Shown: positions 1-13,440, counted from the first letter of the stretch. The stretch: 64,000 bases of DNA from Octopus sinensis (GCF_006345805.1 NC_043001.1:5394001-5458000); one strand, 5' to 3'. Notes: a model not told the origin generated them from the sequence alone. Numbers and translations: made by a program.

Positions 1-1159
1 TATTTGTGTGACCCTAGTAAATTTAGTTATTACTTTAATGTTCACATACTTTGATTTAGATTTTATTGCTCCATATAAATATTCATTTAGCATGCTTTAA
101 ATACAGTAAATATTTTTGGTTTCACTGCATTTGAAAGGTTCCTTTTAACTGAGTTTGTTTGTGTTTAGAAATTTTCCAAAAGGAAGAAATGCTAAGCAAA
201 TTTATTACGGTCAACTACATGATCTATTAGAATAGATGCATTTACGCTACATTGAATAATCTGAAAGTGTGTTTAGCCACAAGATAACTGTGCACTCTAG
301 GGTGAAATAATCGCGATCCTATCAATTTTCGATGTTGGCAAGTCATCAATTGACCTCCAATAACTTGCCAAGATCTGATTGCTTGGGTGATTGTGAAAGC
401 TGATACAGCTACATCGATTTCTTTCGTGACAGAAAACAGATGAAAGTCAATAGATTTGTGTATCCTCCAAGAAAGAGACACTATTTTTTTTATTGACATT
501 TCTATGAGAGTCTAAATATGCCAATATTCATAATTTCTCTTAAACAAGAAATCAATTATTTTCCTTACTAAGTGGTATTTTCGCTTTTAAATTGTGTCAA
601 CAATCAGCCTTTGCATAAATATATCATCGACGTGAAGCTATTTCGGTCTTAAAGTTTATAAATGGCCAGTTTTCAATTACATTTCCTGCTTACGCTTCTA
701 TTATAGAAAGAAAATACAAAAGTCTCCGTTCGTTAGTACTTCGGATTGTATTAGTCTACCAGGGTGTTACCCGTCATAAGAGGGAAAACTTTCAAAGAGT
801 ATTTTTGCCGTCATAAAAAGATATGCCATACATACGGTAATTATAATTTAACAGGTATCAACATATTTGTTGCTTATTAAAAAAAGAAAAAAATTAGTAA
901 TATTCAGAACAAACGTAATTACCTTGAAATAAGAAAAATATTCAAAACTTAAAATAAGGAAATAGAAACTGTTCCTCCTCTTCTCTCATTCAATATATGA
1001 GTCTTTCTTTCACAATTTGTGCGGAACCTGTTCATTTGTTAGCCTAGCATGGCACGAATACAGCGCATCTTATGTAAAATTTTAACCTTTTTTTCATTTA
1101 CTTTATCGCCCCCTCTCCTTTAACGATATAATGCGTGACTGGAGAAATCAAACATCGAG

Positions 1160-1290
1160 CAACGGACTGATATAAGTACGCCGGACAAAATGCTTATTAG
1201 TACTTTATCCGTCTCTTCATTCTGAGATCAAAGTGGATCGATGTTGAGCTTGTCTTCGATCTCTTTGTAACGTTTCGATCTCTTTGTGGT
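1160..1290 (+). mobile_element. Highly degenerate SINE family A copy
   Basis: gccggacaaaatgcttattagtactttatccgtctcttcattctgagatcaaa aligns with the family A head/B-box region seen at 8908-9000. Confidence 0.4.
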
Positions 1291-1343
1291 CATCCTCGAT
1301 GGTGAATACTTGTCCGCTAGAAATACCAGTAGTCACCTGCCTG

Positions 1344-1387
<44 letters not shown>

Positions 1388-1499
1388 CATGCAGATTGCA
1401 TCAAATAACCATATACAGTAGGAGTCCTCTCCTGGGATTAAAGCAGCAGTAACGTCGGTTCTTACGGAACAGCCAAATTTAAAAAGAAATAGACATTAC

Positions 1500-2151
1500 C
1501 TTTCAGTATAGTTAATGCTTTCATCTCTTATAGAGATTTTCTAACTGGCTACTTTGCTTGATGGAAGATCAGTGACTGGTTGTCATTTATTTACTATATA
1601 TTGCGAGCTGGAGTAAAGTACTACTATTTCTAGCAGACGAGCAGCTGTCGGTTGAATCTATAATAAAGATGATACCACCAACTGGACTCACAGAGGAAGG
1701 CAAGGCATGTTTTTATTGTACGGTTGCAGTGCTGAAAGAGTGTGTTTGGAGGACTAGAATGGAAAGTTCTGTGAAAGAGTCCTTCATCTCTGGACCCAGT
1801 TTGCTGTCCTACTTCAGATACCATCTGAAGAGCAAGATGAAGACCCTGCCACCGATTGAATACGAAAAACTATGGAAGGATGTGATGAGAAAGGTGGGTG
1901 TTAGTAACCCAGCTTAATCATTGATGAAAGGAAAATATAGTTGCTGGGCCTTATACGCTGGCGGGTTCGATATTTTTATTCGTTTTCTTTCTTTGTTTTC
2001 TTTTAAAAAAAAGTTCTAGTTCGAAGGAAAATTATCCATTATATAAAAATTTTTTAACATGATATTACTTCGACCTTATATAATATTTGTTTGTATTTGT
2101 TTGTCTTGTAATGTCCCTTTCTATGTAAGATCATTTTGGTCATAATAAAGA
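1500..2151 (+). mobile_element. 3' end of a Tx1/L1-like non-LTR retrotransposon (ORF2 C-terminus plus 3' UTR)
   Basis: ORF 1669-1917 (GLTEEGKACFYCTVAVLKECVWRTR...FISGPSLLSYFRYHLKSK...W) resembles the C-terminus of L1/Tx1 ORF2. It is followed by a T-rich UTR ending ATAATAAAGA. The 5' boundary is approximate. Confidence 0.5.
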
Positions 2152-2529
2152 TTCCATTTCCAGCAGACGAGTATTCAATATCGAGGATCAACAGACTGAG
2201 ATCGAAAGTGTACAATGTGGTGGTCTCGTGGGCAGTATTTGGTAGGGTCTCACTCCCCCACTTGCAATATATATCGGGTGCAGATGGCATAGAATGAATA
2301 GTAGGAGGGGGTGTCCTCCTGGGGTTAAAATGGCAGCAAGGTCGGTTATTACGGAACAGACACTTTTAAGTAGCAATAAATATTACTCCTCAGTCAGTCT
2401 GCACATACGTGAGTCTATTTAGGGTGTTTGCTTCTGCTAAATCTGACGGTATTTATGACTCCCCTTTTAAATAAGATGTTGGTGTTAACGGCATTGTGGT
2501 TCTTAATGGTTAAGAATTTTTGAGAAAGT

Positions 2530-3145
2530 TAGTTGACAAGGAGCGGAGACGAGAAATTATCTGAAAACTGAAAATGTGTCACCTGTATCAAGAAGTCATA
2601 TGCCAGGTATCGATAACATAACTGTTGGCCAAATCTCTGTGGACACTGTGTTGAAGATAATACGTAAGATCGAAAGCAGATTACAATTTTATGGTCAGCA
2701 AGAAGGTGATGGTCATTGAATGTGCCACCACGCATCATTGAACGGATCTTCAGGCTCAATGCAAGCGGTTATGTGAAGCTGATGGTGACTGTGGCCAAAT
2801 CCTGGATAGAGAGGCTTGTTGTTAAAATGTCATGTGTAGCAGCAGAGTTCGTCTCCATACGATACCTCTTGAAAACCTCAGAAGTGGTTGTCGGCTAATT
2901 GTACCATTTCCTCAGCCCCAATTTCTTGCATCCCGGTTCCCCTAATTGTAAACTACAATGTATGGTGCGTTGCGGTGAAAGATACCAACTTCTTTGCTTG
3001 CATCACCAACAAAAAAACCAGTGGCAAAAATCAAAGACGTATTCAAAGATCCTCACACAAGCACAGTCAGGAACGAATGCGCCATGTTCAAGAGTCGTGT
3101 AGGGGCCGTGTTACAAGCTGAGGGATGATACTCTGAGTAAACCGT
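2530..3145 (+). mobile_element. Tc1/mariner (maT/DD37D-like) transposase relic
   Basis: Frameshifted motifs VPPRIIERIFRLNASGYVKLMVTVAKSWIERL, SPNFLHPGSP, YNVWCVAVKDTN and KIKDVFKD...RVGAVLQAEG match the catalytic C-terminal half. Confidence 0.75.
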
Positions 3146-4698
3146 TATTTCATAGTCTTAATGGAGTTGATATACTTTGCTGTTTAAAAATACTTTTATT
3201 TTTGGATGGAATATCACGTGATTTCTCTGTGTCTATGAAGAGTCATTACGCCAAGATCAATAACACACTTACAGGATCAATACTAGTTTTTATCGTTAGT
3301 CAATTTGCTGAATATCTTACGAATTAATTAATCCAACGATTGTTTACAGTACTGATTATGCAATCGAACGATTCTTTGTTAGCCAAATCTCTTTGTCACT
3401 GATTCTGACCTTTCTGTGTGTTAGTGACTTAGTTACGTTTCCAAGATCTGCTATGCTTCCGTCTGAGAATCGGTCTTATGTTTGTGTTTATGCATGAATG
3501 TATGTTTCTGCAGATGTGTGCTTTCTTAGAAGAGGCGGTAAGAGTAAACGCAGGATCTGAGGGCATGGCTACGTGTGCATGCGTGTGCGTGTACATCCCT
3601 GTTAACGTATATATGTGTGTTTGTAGCTGCGTGTGATCTCACCATCCGTGACATTTGTTTTAATATTGCGGTCTATTACCTTTATTTCCTCCTGGTCATT
3701 GTAAAGATGTTATGGGTTGACCATGAACAGGAAATGATAAAAGGCCGAACCTCAAAAACTTTAAAAACCTGCAAACCACACAAACACACGTAGAAGGAGT
3801 GGCACGGTTCTATAAACACCAACACATACACACGCTCACGCACTTACATGTACACGCAGCTCCGCTTAATCTCACACCATTAAATGCCATCCCGGAGCTG
3901 TTATTCAAGTTAGTTGCGGGTAGTTGTAATTCTGGCAGAAATCTAAATGTCTAAAGGTGTATAAAGATGGTGTGGCGATTACAATTCTTATTCTTCGGGT
4001 CTCTAGCATGAGGATAGGGAAATGTTTATATGCAGTTTAGCTGCAAAAACTCAAGAAGCAATCCCGAAAAAATCACGAGTTGTGCCCTGTTGAATGTCAT
4101 GGCCCCTGTTAGCCATATTTTTTTAGGGTCCCCGTGAAATAGCGAAAATGCAACAATCATTTGACAGCAAGATACCTGTAGGGAATGAAATGTAAGGCAT
4201 AAAACATATTTTGTCTTCGGTTTCTTCCTACTTCGCAGAACAAATTATGCTTTTATGAATCATTGTTTGAGAAATCTGTCAGTTTCACTGGCACCACATT
4301 TGGGTATAGCATTTGCGATCATAAACGTGATATAGCAATCGAAAGTCTTGACATAATGCGGTGGTTGTAATATACTCATATAGCGTTTTATACTCAATCG
4401 CACGCATATATATGTTATCCTCATGGCGTTTCTGTTTACATTAAAAGATAATAAATCTTTGCTAAAATTATAACAACACTTGTTAGACGATGCAACAACG
4501 TCATAGTGATAAAGCTGCATTTAGTAGAGATCACATGCTTAGTCTATCTGATCATTAACATGTTTCTACAGTTGAGTATTATCTAGTTTCTTTATGTGGC
4601 CATTTAAAATACGAACAAGGATGAAATTTCGATGCCCTCATATCTCTTACGTAGCTTCATCCTTAAAATGGTATTACAGATTTATTCTATCCTTATAG

Positions 4699-4803
4699 AG
4701 GGAATGTAGCAACAATAAAGAACATTGTGATATGGATGTGATCGAAATAATGATGACGAAAATTGCAATACCAAGTATTGATGATGGCGAGGAAGAGGTG
4801 CAG
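4699..4803 (+). other. Candidate 105-nt phase-0 exon of an unknown gene
   Basis: Acceptor tttattctatccttatag, donor CAG|gtgaat, single open frame RECSNNKEHCDMDVIEIMMTKIAIPSIDDGEEEVQ; no homology recognised. Confidence 0.25.
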
Positions 4804-6323
4804 GTGAATTTTTATATGGAACAAAAAAAGGGGGATGGTGGAAATAGTAATTTGGGTGTTGATAATGTGGTGTTTTAAAATAGGAAAGTTGAAGTTGAAA
4901 GAAGTGTTTTTGTCTTTTTGTTCGTGTATGACCCAAATGAAAACGTAAACAACGGTTCCTTCTCCAAACCCGATACTATTGATCGGATAACCAAAAAATT
5001 ATTTAAAGCAACTGTGCCAGCAAAACAAAAACGGCCTAAAATACAAACTCGTTTGTCCTAGATAAGAGCAATATAATTAGAAATGTTTTTCTTCTCCTGA
5101 GAATAAAATATCCCTTATGCACCAGTGCCAAATTTTAAGTAATTTCCGATAATACGTATTTCCCCCTTAAAACGGATCAATTTTCAACTGTTTCTATATT
5201 TTACCCATTATTGAAACCCCGTCCAATCAATACTTGTGCTTGCACTAATGCATAGGTAATTCATAATCATTTAGCTCACGCCTGTATGGCTCATCGTGGT
5301 ATTGAAACACTTGCTGTTTAAAGCCAGTTGCAAGTCACGTACCAACTGCAGCAACATGTACTGTAAGGGTCACTGAGTTAAGCGCCAGTACATCAACCCG
5401 TAACACTCACGCGTAGAAGAATTGCTGAGGTACAGGAAATGTACATGGGGTTGAGACATTGTGCGCTATAGCCAGCTCTGCAACCGGATGTATGTTAAGA
5501 ATGAAACTGCGTCTCCAAGACAACTGTGAATTCCCACGTATGTTACGTCTGCGTACAGGTAACAAGCGATTAATATTTCAGTGAACATGGCAAGCTAAAA
5601 GTAGCATCGTTAGCAGATATTTGGATGAGATCGACTGCTGTTTATGAAAGGCGATGAATCGGAATGATTTTTATAAGAAATATTCTATATTTGCAACGAG
5701 TTTTGTGAATCCGTAATCGGTCCACTAATCCCAAACCTTAGGCTTTTTTCAAGCTGTCCATCATATTAACTCCGACTTGCTCGGACAAGGTATCTGTGTG
5801 AAAAGTTTTGCACTCTTCAAAGAGTGAAAAACCACTGACCTTAATTAAATATGCTCTTCCAGACGATGCTTCATTATCTCGAAACATTAATGGATGCATA
5901 TATATGAACGTACGCATAAACGCGTGTGTTCCCACGTGCGTATGTATATCTATGTTTATAAATCAGTTTATTTTTACAAGGAAATATATACATATACGAA
6001 AGTAAAACAACCAATTAATGGGTTTTCTATATAACATATCTTTGTTTTTGTACTGTATATAAATGCATAAGGCATTAAGAGAACATTCTGTGGGGTTTTT
6101 TTCTTAAAGAAACTAGACGTCTTTTGAATTGCGATAAATTAGTATTTGGTTTTAGATAAATTTCGAGGCTGCGCCTGCATAGCGCGGTATTGTCTTTGAG
6201 TTATCTGTATAAAATATTTGTCTATATAAATGTCCGCTCAGTGGAATTTTATTTGGTGCGTTGATCCCTCCAATCAGGCTTTACATTAAACTGAGACAGG
6301 GGTAGAGGGGCTAAAATAGAGAT

Positions 6324-6359
<36 letters not shown>

Positions 6360-6642
6360 GGGAGTAAAGACATGTGGTGCATACTGAATGACATGATAGG
6401 CATTGTGACAGGCAATGAGTAAAAGAACGCTTCACACATAGGATAGTGTAAAAGAGACAGAGGAAGAGTAGGAGGAAAACAAATGAAGTGATTGTGAATT
6501 CCTTCTCCATAAAATATTTCAACAGCAATTAACATATTCCCGTTCAAACAGCAGAAGTATATTCGCAATTGCTTCGTGTCATTTAGTTTTATTCAAATGT
6601 ACAAAAATAAAGGTTTTCCTTTTCAATATTTATTTCTGTTGA

Positions 6643-6798
6643 CGGAAGCTTGGCTGTGTAAGAAAAAGCTGCTTTTGCAACTACAAGTTTCTGGGTTGAG
6701 TCCCACTGCATGGCAATTTAGGCAAGAGTATTCGACTACAGCCTCGGGCCGAATGGATTTGATAGACGGAAACTGATAGAAGCCTGTCGTATATATAT

Positions 6799-6840
<42 letters not shown>
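6643..6840 (+). mobile_element. SINE family B, degenerate 5' half ending in (TA)n
   Basis: ttggctgtgtaag...gggttgagtcccactgc...ggcaagag...gacggaaactgatagaagcctgtcg matches the full copy at 13633. Confidence 0.8.
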
Positions 6841-6843
<3 letters not shown>

Positions 6844-8382
6844 TTAGAGACAAAACTACTATTATGCAAATAAAACAAAGAAAGACTTAATCCAATACAT
6901 AAAAAATTTAATATAAATTAAATATAATTAAGATATCCACTACGATCGTTTCTTGTCACTTCTATGGACATTCATCAGGTGATTTCAAGACCTTCTTTGC
7001 AAGTTTTAAACTATGAAGTAAATTTACTTCACACGGGCGTGTGTGTGCGTGCATCTGTCAGTGTTTTTGTGTCTGTATTTGCCTCTCCACCACCATTTTA
7101 CGACTGTGTGAGTGTGTTAGCGTCACGTTACTTTAAGCCATATTTTCTCATAACAGCAACGGTAGTAAAAAAATAATCTTAAAATTACCTATGTCATATA
7201 ACAGGTAAAACTCTGGTAACACAATACCTGTTGTGGCATTTATGTATATTGTTATAAATATTTACACGTTGATTTCAGGTGAAATTTGATTCCTATTTTA
7301 GAATATTCTGTTTTCTTCTTGAGATTTTCATGTATTTCAGGGCGGCACATAAATTGGATTTTCCTTCGTTGATTAGATATCTAATACAGCATTCTGAAAA
7401 CATTTTATGGGAAAAATATATTTAATTTATTTTGCTTTTGTGTGTGTGTTGGGGGATAATTTAATCAATACCTGAATCAGAAACCACATGTGTGCAAGAC
7501 AGGCTGCTATATATTATTATAATGAGCCTTTGACGGATATGTGCAATACAAGACCTCATTTTTATCAATGTATTACAGTTCTTGGCTGAACTAATTGCAT
7601 TGGTGCATGATAAATAATGTACATCACATTCTGACAGAACTAATTCCACAATTTGGCACCTTCCATTATATATTACGGTAACATTTTCTATCAGTTTTTA
7701 GATTTCAATCAGCTAATAATATATTCTCTTGTATTTAATGTACTAGAAATTAAATGCTTCGAATAAGCTCTTATTTCTGCAAGATCATTTATCTTTCAAA
7801 TTGAAAAGTAGATTTTTATCTACCTGGCATTTCTTCGAATAGAACTCGTGAAAGGTAATATATTATGAAGATTATTAATGATATTGCTTAAATGAAAGTG
7901 TAATTGCAGTTCTGTCTTCCTTGTTCCAAGTTTGTATCGAAGAAAATGCAATTTTTCTTCTAAGATATTTAATGTATTTACTCAAATGAACAGACGTTGA
8001 TTAGTCAATTTTTTCAAAATTTGATACCATTGCTAGAGGTAGAATGATTGGACAAGCACTACTCTACACAATTTTGCAGATCATCATCAACTTTTATTAT
8101 ATTATATGTAAAGACCTAAACTAAATCCATTGCTTTATTTGATTATGTGCCTATACACACTGATCACATTTCCTGGCGAATTTAACTTCGCCATTTCGTC
8201 GCATTAACATAAAAATAACAGAAATAATACACTGGTTCAACGCAATCGCTGGTATAATTTCCGAAGATCATTTTCAATCAGGATTCTAGCATTATCAAAA
8301 ATATAAAGGAAAGGCGTAAAACGAACCAAAATAAACATGGGTAATTATTTATGCGGGGAATATAATTATTTTTTTCTACATT

Positions 8383-8575
8383 AGGAGCAAGGCACGAAAT
8401 TTTGGCGGAAGGAGCCATACTATTAGATTGACGCCAGTACGCAACTGCTAGTTAATTCATCGACCCCGAAAGAATGAAAGGCAAAGTCGACCTCGCTGGA
8501 ATTAGAACTGAGAACATAAAAACAGACGGAATACGTTAACCATTTCGCCCGGCGTGCTAACCTTTCTGCCAGCCC
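8383..8575 (-). mobile_element. SINE family A monomer
   Basis: Reverse complement matches gctggcagaaa...ttagcacgccgggcgaaatg...gtcgactttgcctttcat.ctttcggggtcgat. Confidence 0.85.
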
Positions 8576-8907
8576 ATTGTTGAGAAAAATATGTTAAGTT
8601 AGGTTTTATAAGAATTTCAATGATTATAAACAAGTTAAAGAATACACTTTTCCTTTTATGTGTTGTGCCGTACTGTACAAATCGAAATTCCTGCTTCAGG
8701 AGCTTGCTCTCTGTAACTAGCTTTCATCAGCTTCAATACAATGTTACCAAAATTTAGAGGTCTGCGACATCATTGTTGTGTCCTTCTTTCAAGGACGGAC
8801 CCATTTGTTTTTGAATATTCTTGTCATAAGCGACCCTCACTACTTATTGTTATAGGTCAACGTTATCATCGAAGACAGTAGTTCTTTAATATATCTACGA
8901 AATTAAT

Positions 8908-9300
8908 GCGGCGAGCTGGCAGAAACGTTAGCACGCCGGGCGATATGCGTAGCTGTACTTCGTCTGCCATTACTTTCTGAGTTCAAATTCCGCCGAGGTC
9001 GACTTTGCCTTTCATCCTTTCGGGGTCGATAAATTAAGTACCAGTTACGCACTGGGGTCGATGTAATTGACTTAATCCGTTTGTCTGTCCTTGTTTGTCC
9101 CCTCTATGTTTATCCCCTTGTGGGCAATAAAGAAATCGGTATTTCGTCTGTCTTTACGTTCTGAGTTCCAATTCCGCCGAAGTTGACTTTACCTGCCATC
9201 CTTTTGGGCGCGATAAATTCAGTACCAGTCACGTACTGGGGTCAATCTAATCGACTGGCCCCCTCCCCACAATTTCAGGTCTTGCGTCTAGAGTAAAAAT
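8908..9300 (+). mobile_element. SINE family A dimer (full monomer with tail 1, then headless monomer from 9137 with tail 2)
   Basis: B-box GAGTTCAAATTCC. Central gcctttcatcctttcggggtcgataaattaagtacc resembles the MetaSINE domain (from memory). The body repeats from 9137. Confidence 0.9.
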
Positions 9301-9320
9301 AATATATCAACGAAACTAAT

Positions 9321-9515
9321 GCGGCAAGCTGGCCAAAAGCTTAGTACGTCGGGCGAAATGCTTAGAGGTATTTCGTCCGTCGCTACGTTCTGAGTTCAAA
9401 TTCCACTGACGTCTACTTTGCTTTTCATCCTTTCGCGTTGCCTACTGAGGTCGATCTAATCGACTGGAGCCCCCAACTACCAAAATGTTTTGGGCTTTGT
9501 GCCTAGAGGAGAAAA
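9321..9515 (+). mobile_element. SINE family A monomer, internally deleted
   Basis: gcggcaagctggcc head, B-box gagttcaaattcc, tail 2 ...gtgcctagagga. Confidence 0.85.
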
Positions 9516-10169
9516 TTATACATCAACGAAACTATGATATATATCCATGACCTTGCAGAAATAATAACTTCTCTGAGTAAAAAATCCATCGCAGAATAAC
9601 GGCACATTTAATATTATTAAAAACGTAAATGTAAATTCTATGTGCTTACGTACACGAATTCAGTCACCTACGTGCATATTTATATATGATTGCCTACATA
9701 TTTATGAATACAAACATGTGTATCTGTGTGTGGTGTATCTCATATTGATATACATATACATATACGTAGATGCATAAATACATGCATAATACATATGTCC
9801 AGATCAAACAGAATAGGCCGGATATTGTTCTTTGCGAAAGATAAGATAGAGTGTACATCGTCATAGATATCGGTTGTCTTACTGATTTCAATATCACTTT
9901 CAAAATCAATGAGTAAAAGGGTAACTTTGGACATCAATTTCAAAACATTTCTCATCAGATTACAAACTTAAATTCATATAAAACATCAGCTGGTTCACTT
10001 TCTGTTTGAATAAGTACCTAACTGCATTACCTTCGATTTTTAGAAGAAATACTAACCTAAGGATCACCTTTCAAATACAGTTTCTGAGACAATAGTACAA
10101 AATATACAAGACGTTTTTCGTGTTTAAAATATGATATCTACATTCCAACGAAAGAGCAGTTTATGTTTG

Positions 10170-10637
10170 TTAGAAACCTCCGACTTCTCGAATGTCTAGT
10201 GGCTAATTCCGGCATCGCGTTTTATACTAATGTCCAAATTGTATGCTACTGCATTGTACCAAATGTATCGCCCACTCCATCTAGAGCCAGGACGAGATAT
10301 TGCAATAGTTTGAGGTTCGAAGGCCACCAGTATATTAATGCTAGCCTGAAAAAAGAAAAGCCCTACATAATGCGGACTGTGATGTCTTCAAAAAGGAACT
10401 AGACATTGTCATCTCAATAATACCGGACGTACAACAGCTCGGGATGAGGTACAGATCAGGGCAGCAGTGCCAAATATTCCCATGCACAAAACGGGCCAAC
10501 AACGAAAAGAGAATGTATATAAGTATTAGTGATATGAACTCCCACCCCCCTCAAATCGGACAAAGAAAAATCTGTAAATTACCGTTGTGTTCCAGCATGA
10601 CCGCAGCCACATGGCTCAAACGAATAAAAGAGAAAAG
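10170..10637 (+). mobile_element. CR1-clade LINE 3' end
   Basis: LLECLVANSGI...YCIVPNV...RARTRYCNSLRFEG matches ORF2 end of the copy at 32238; tail ccagcatgaccgcagc...aaaagagaaaag. Confidence 0.75.
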
Positions 10638-10649
10638 TCTATATATACC

Positions 10650-10990
10650 GGTGCAAGCTTGGCTGTGAGGTAGGAAACTTGCTTGCAATCTAAGTGCTCA
10701 CGGGTTCAGTCCTACAGCGCATTATCATGGACAAATAGTCTTCACTATTACCCGAGAATAACCAAGGACTTGTGAGTGGATTTTATAGAAGGGAGGTGAA
10801 AGAAGCCTCTTTTACATAACCTGAGACCCATTATTAGTGTCATCGACGTTGCATAGATGTTCGAGGAAGGGGAACCCGTAGAATAAGCACCAGGTTTACA
10901 AATAAATACTGGAAGGGATTAGTCCAACTAAATGGTAAAGGTGGTGCCAGTCAGAACATGGTAGTAGTCGGAAGACTGGAACAAATAACA
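10650..10990 (+). mobile_element. Divergent SINE family B-like copy
   Basis: Head ttggctgtgagg, B-box gggttcagtcc, ttgtgagtggatt, and a degenerate tail aaaggtggtgcc...actggaacaaat. Confidence 0.55.
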
Positions 10991-11009
10991 GGTAAACAAT
11001 TTTTTTAAA

Positions 11010-11115
11010 TTGCGTGGAACATTAGGCAAGTGTCTTCTGCTATAGCCTCGAGCCGACCAAAGCCTTGTGAGTGGATTTGGTAGAAGGAAACTGAAAGAAG
11101 CCCCTCGTATATATG

Positions 11116-11176
<61 letters not shown>

Positions 11177-11402
11177 ATGTGTGTGTGTGTGTTTGTGTGC
11201 CTGTGTTTGTACCCCCGACATCGCTGGACAACCAATGCTGGTGTGTTCATGTCCCCGTAACTTAGCGGTTCGGCAAAAGAGAACGATAGAATGAGTAATA
11301 GGCTTACAAAGAAAAAGTCCTGGGGTCGATTTGCCCGACTAAAGGCGGTGCTCCAGCATGGCCGCAGTCAAATGACCGAAACAAGTAAAAGAGTGAAAGA
11401 GA
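11010..11402 (+). mobile_element. SINE family B, 5'-truncated, with internal (TA)/(TG) microsatellite
   Basis: Aligns with 13633-14041 from tgcgtgg to the gtaaaagagtgaaaga tail. Confidence 0.9.
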
Positions 11403-12838
11403 CATGAGTGTTTTCGTGTATACGTATCTAACTGTGTGCGTCTCTGCGTGTGTGCGTATATATGTGTGTGCGCACATGCGTGTGTTCGTGCATGCGTGTG
11501 TGCGTGTGCAGGAGAAAACATGTTGCAAAAAGCGAAAATATTAATCCAAATAATCTCAGCATAGAATCACACAAACAGGGAACATGTTTGATGTTCGGTA
11601 ACAATCGCCAGAACGAAATCTTGTAGAATCGAAAGTCCAATGTATCATATGAAGAAAGTAAATAGAAGATAACGAAGTCTCATATTCTCTCCGCAAATAA
11701 AACTTTGCCGAATTGTATCGGTCCACCTTAACTGATATATCAAAGAAAAATGTTACCACTAAGCACAAAAAAAGGGAACTCCGCCATTTACGACAATGTC
11801 TCTTCTACTTGAACCTATCAACAAAACATCGTATATACCTGTTTGTGTATGTGTATATACTCCTGTATTTATGAATGTGTATATATGTTTGAATAAATGT
11901 GATTGTGATTTTATTTAGGAAATTTCGAATTTAAATGGCACTTCAGTCCCCTTTAACGAGATATTAAGCTTAGAAGGAACGCTATGTTTGTGTTTTGAAA
12001 ATCTATTATTGATTCATAATATTACGTCGGAACCATTTCCCATTCTCAAGTAGAAGAATAAATCTAATTATTTTATAATTTTTATGGCTATTTCTTCATC
12101 TCCTAATCACTTTGTCGTATAATAAATATCGTCTTATTTGATATATCTTACGTTTCATAACATTCATTACAAACAGGACATTGTTTATGTAAACAATGTC
12201 GGAATCTCGACTTCATTGATTTTTGAATTATTGTCGAATGACTTCAAGCAAATATGATTGATAAGGTGTTAATACTGACTTTTAATGATGTGTAGAGATG
12301 TCGTTCACAAATCTGGGAAATTATGTAAGCGAGGTTCAATGTTTTCTGGAAATCGTGAGGGTAAAAACTGCGTCTAGGTAGTCAAAATCCTTAACTAGTT
12401 ACTATTTTTTGAACAAATATTTTGAAAAGAACTGAAACATATTTATCTTATGTAAAAGAACACGTATCTAAAGCTAGATAAAGATTCGGAATTAATAATT
12501 ATATAACCAGTCTGATGGTACATAACAAAAGAGATGCAAATATCTGTCAACACAGAGAAAGAATAACGAAATTGTCATATTGCAATTAATGATGTTTCTA
12601 TTTAGAGATTAATAAAAAAAAATCTATAATGCAACCGTGAACAAAGTGTATCGGATAGTGTGAAAGTCGTTTGCTATTGGCAGAGCATTTCATTCAGATG
12701 AAGAAAGCGAGATGAATTATTATAGAAGACAAAGAGAAATTAACTAGATATGCAACAATATTCATTTGTAAATGAGTGTGAAAAAGGTAAAGAAATCTAA
12801 AGGTCACGAAATAAGGAGAAATCACGCGCACGCACACA

Positions 12839-13010
12839 GGCGCATTGTGACTGTGTTGTAAAAAGGTTGCTTTCAAACCACATCATTCCGGGTTCAGTCC
12901 CACTGCGTGGTACATTGAGCAAGTATCTTCTACTATAGCCTTGGGTCAACCAAAGCTTTGTGAATGGATTTGGTAGACAGAAACTGAAAGAAGCCCGTCG
13001 TATATATACA
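12839..13010 (+). mobile_element. SINE family B 5' half
   Basis: ggcgcattgtgactgtg...gggttcagtcccactgcgtgg...gaaactgaaagaagcccgtcg. Confidence 0.85.
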
Positions 13011-13099
13011 GTATCGGAAATATTATTATGGATTTTTGAAATTTTTGGTATTTCTAAATGTAGAGGTAAAATAAACTAAACTCATTTATTGGCAGATGA

Positions 13100-13440
13100 T
13101 TTATTTTCTATTATTTACGCGGAACTAGTATTTCATTACTCAGTTTCCCCTCCTTGAGCAGAACTAAGGGCTCGTGCACGTCGAATCGTGGCACGAATGA
13201 GTATTCTGCACAAATCCTTTACTGTGTCCGAATCGAACCAAAACTGATTGATGTATTTCATCTTTCAACGGACACCATAGGATCTCAATTGCATTCATGT
13301 CACGTGAATTTCCTAGCGCTGGACGTACCTCAACAGAATTTTCGGTGATCCATTTCTCCATTGAGTTTGCTGTATGGCATGGTGCCGAGCCGTCTTGGAA
13401 TATCCAAGGCCTGTCTCGATACCATTCCCATAATTGTCGT
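13100..13440 (-). mobile_element. Tc1-like transposase catalytic relic
   Basis: WIFQDGSAPCHTANSMEKWITENSVEV...NSRDMNAIEILWCPLKDEI, spanning the second Asp to the catalytic Glu. Confidence 0.75.

Noticed and set aside
242-499. EIDVAVSAFTIT resembles the iGluR/IR ligand-binding motif (AD.AVA.LTIT)
   Set aside because: The expected downstream R..VIDF..PF is absent, there is no convincing donor, and other frames are equally protein-like.
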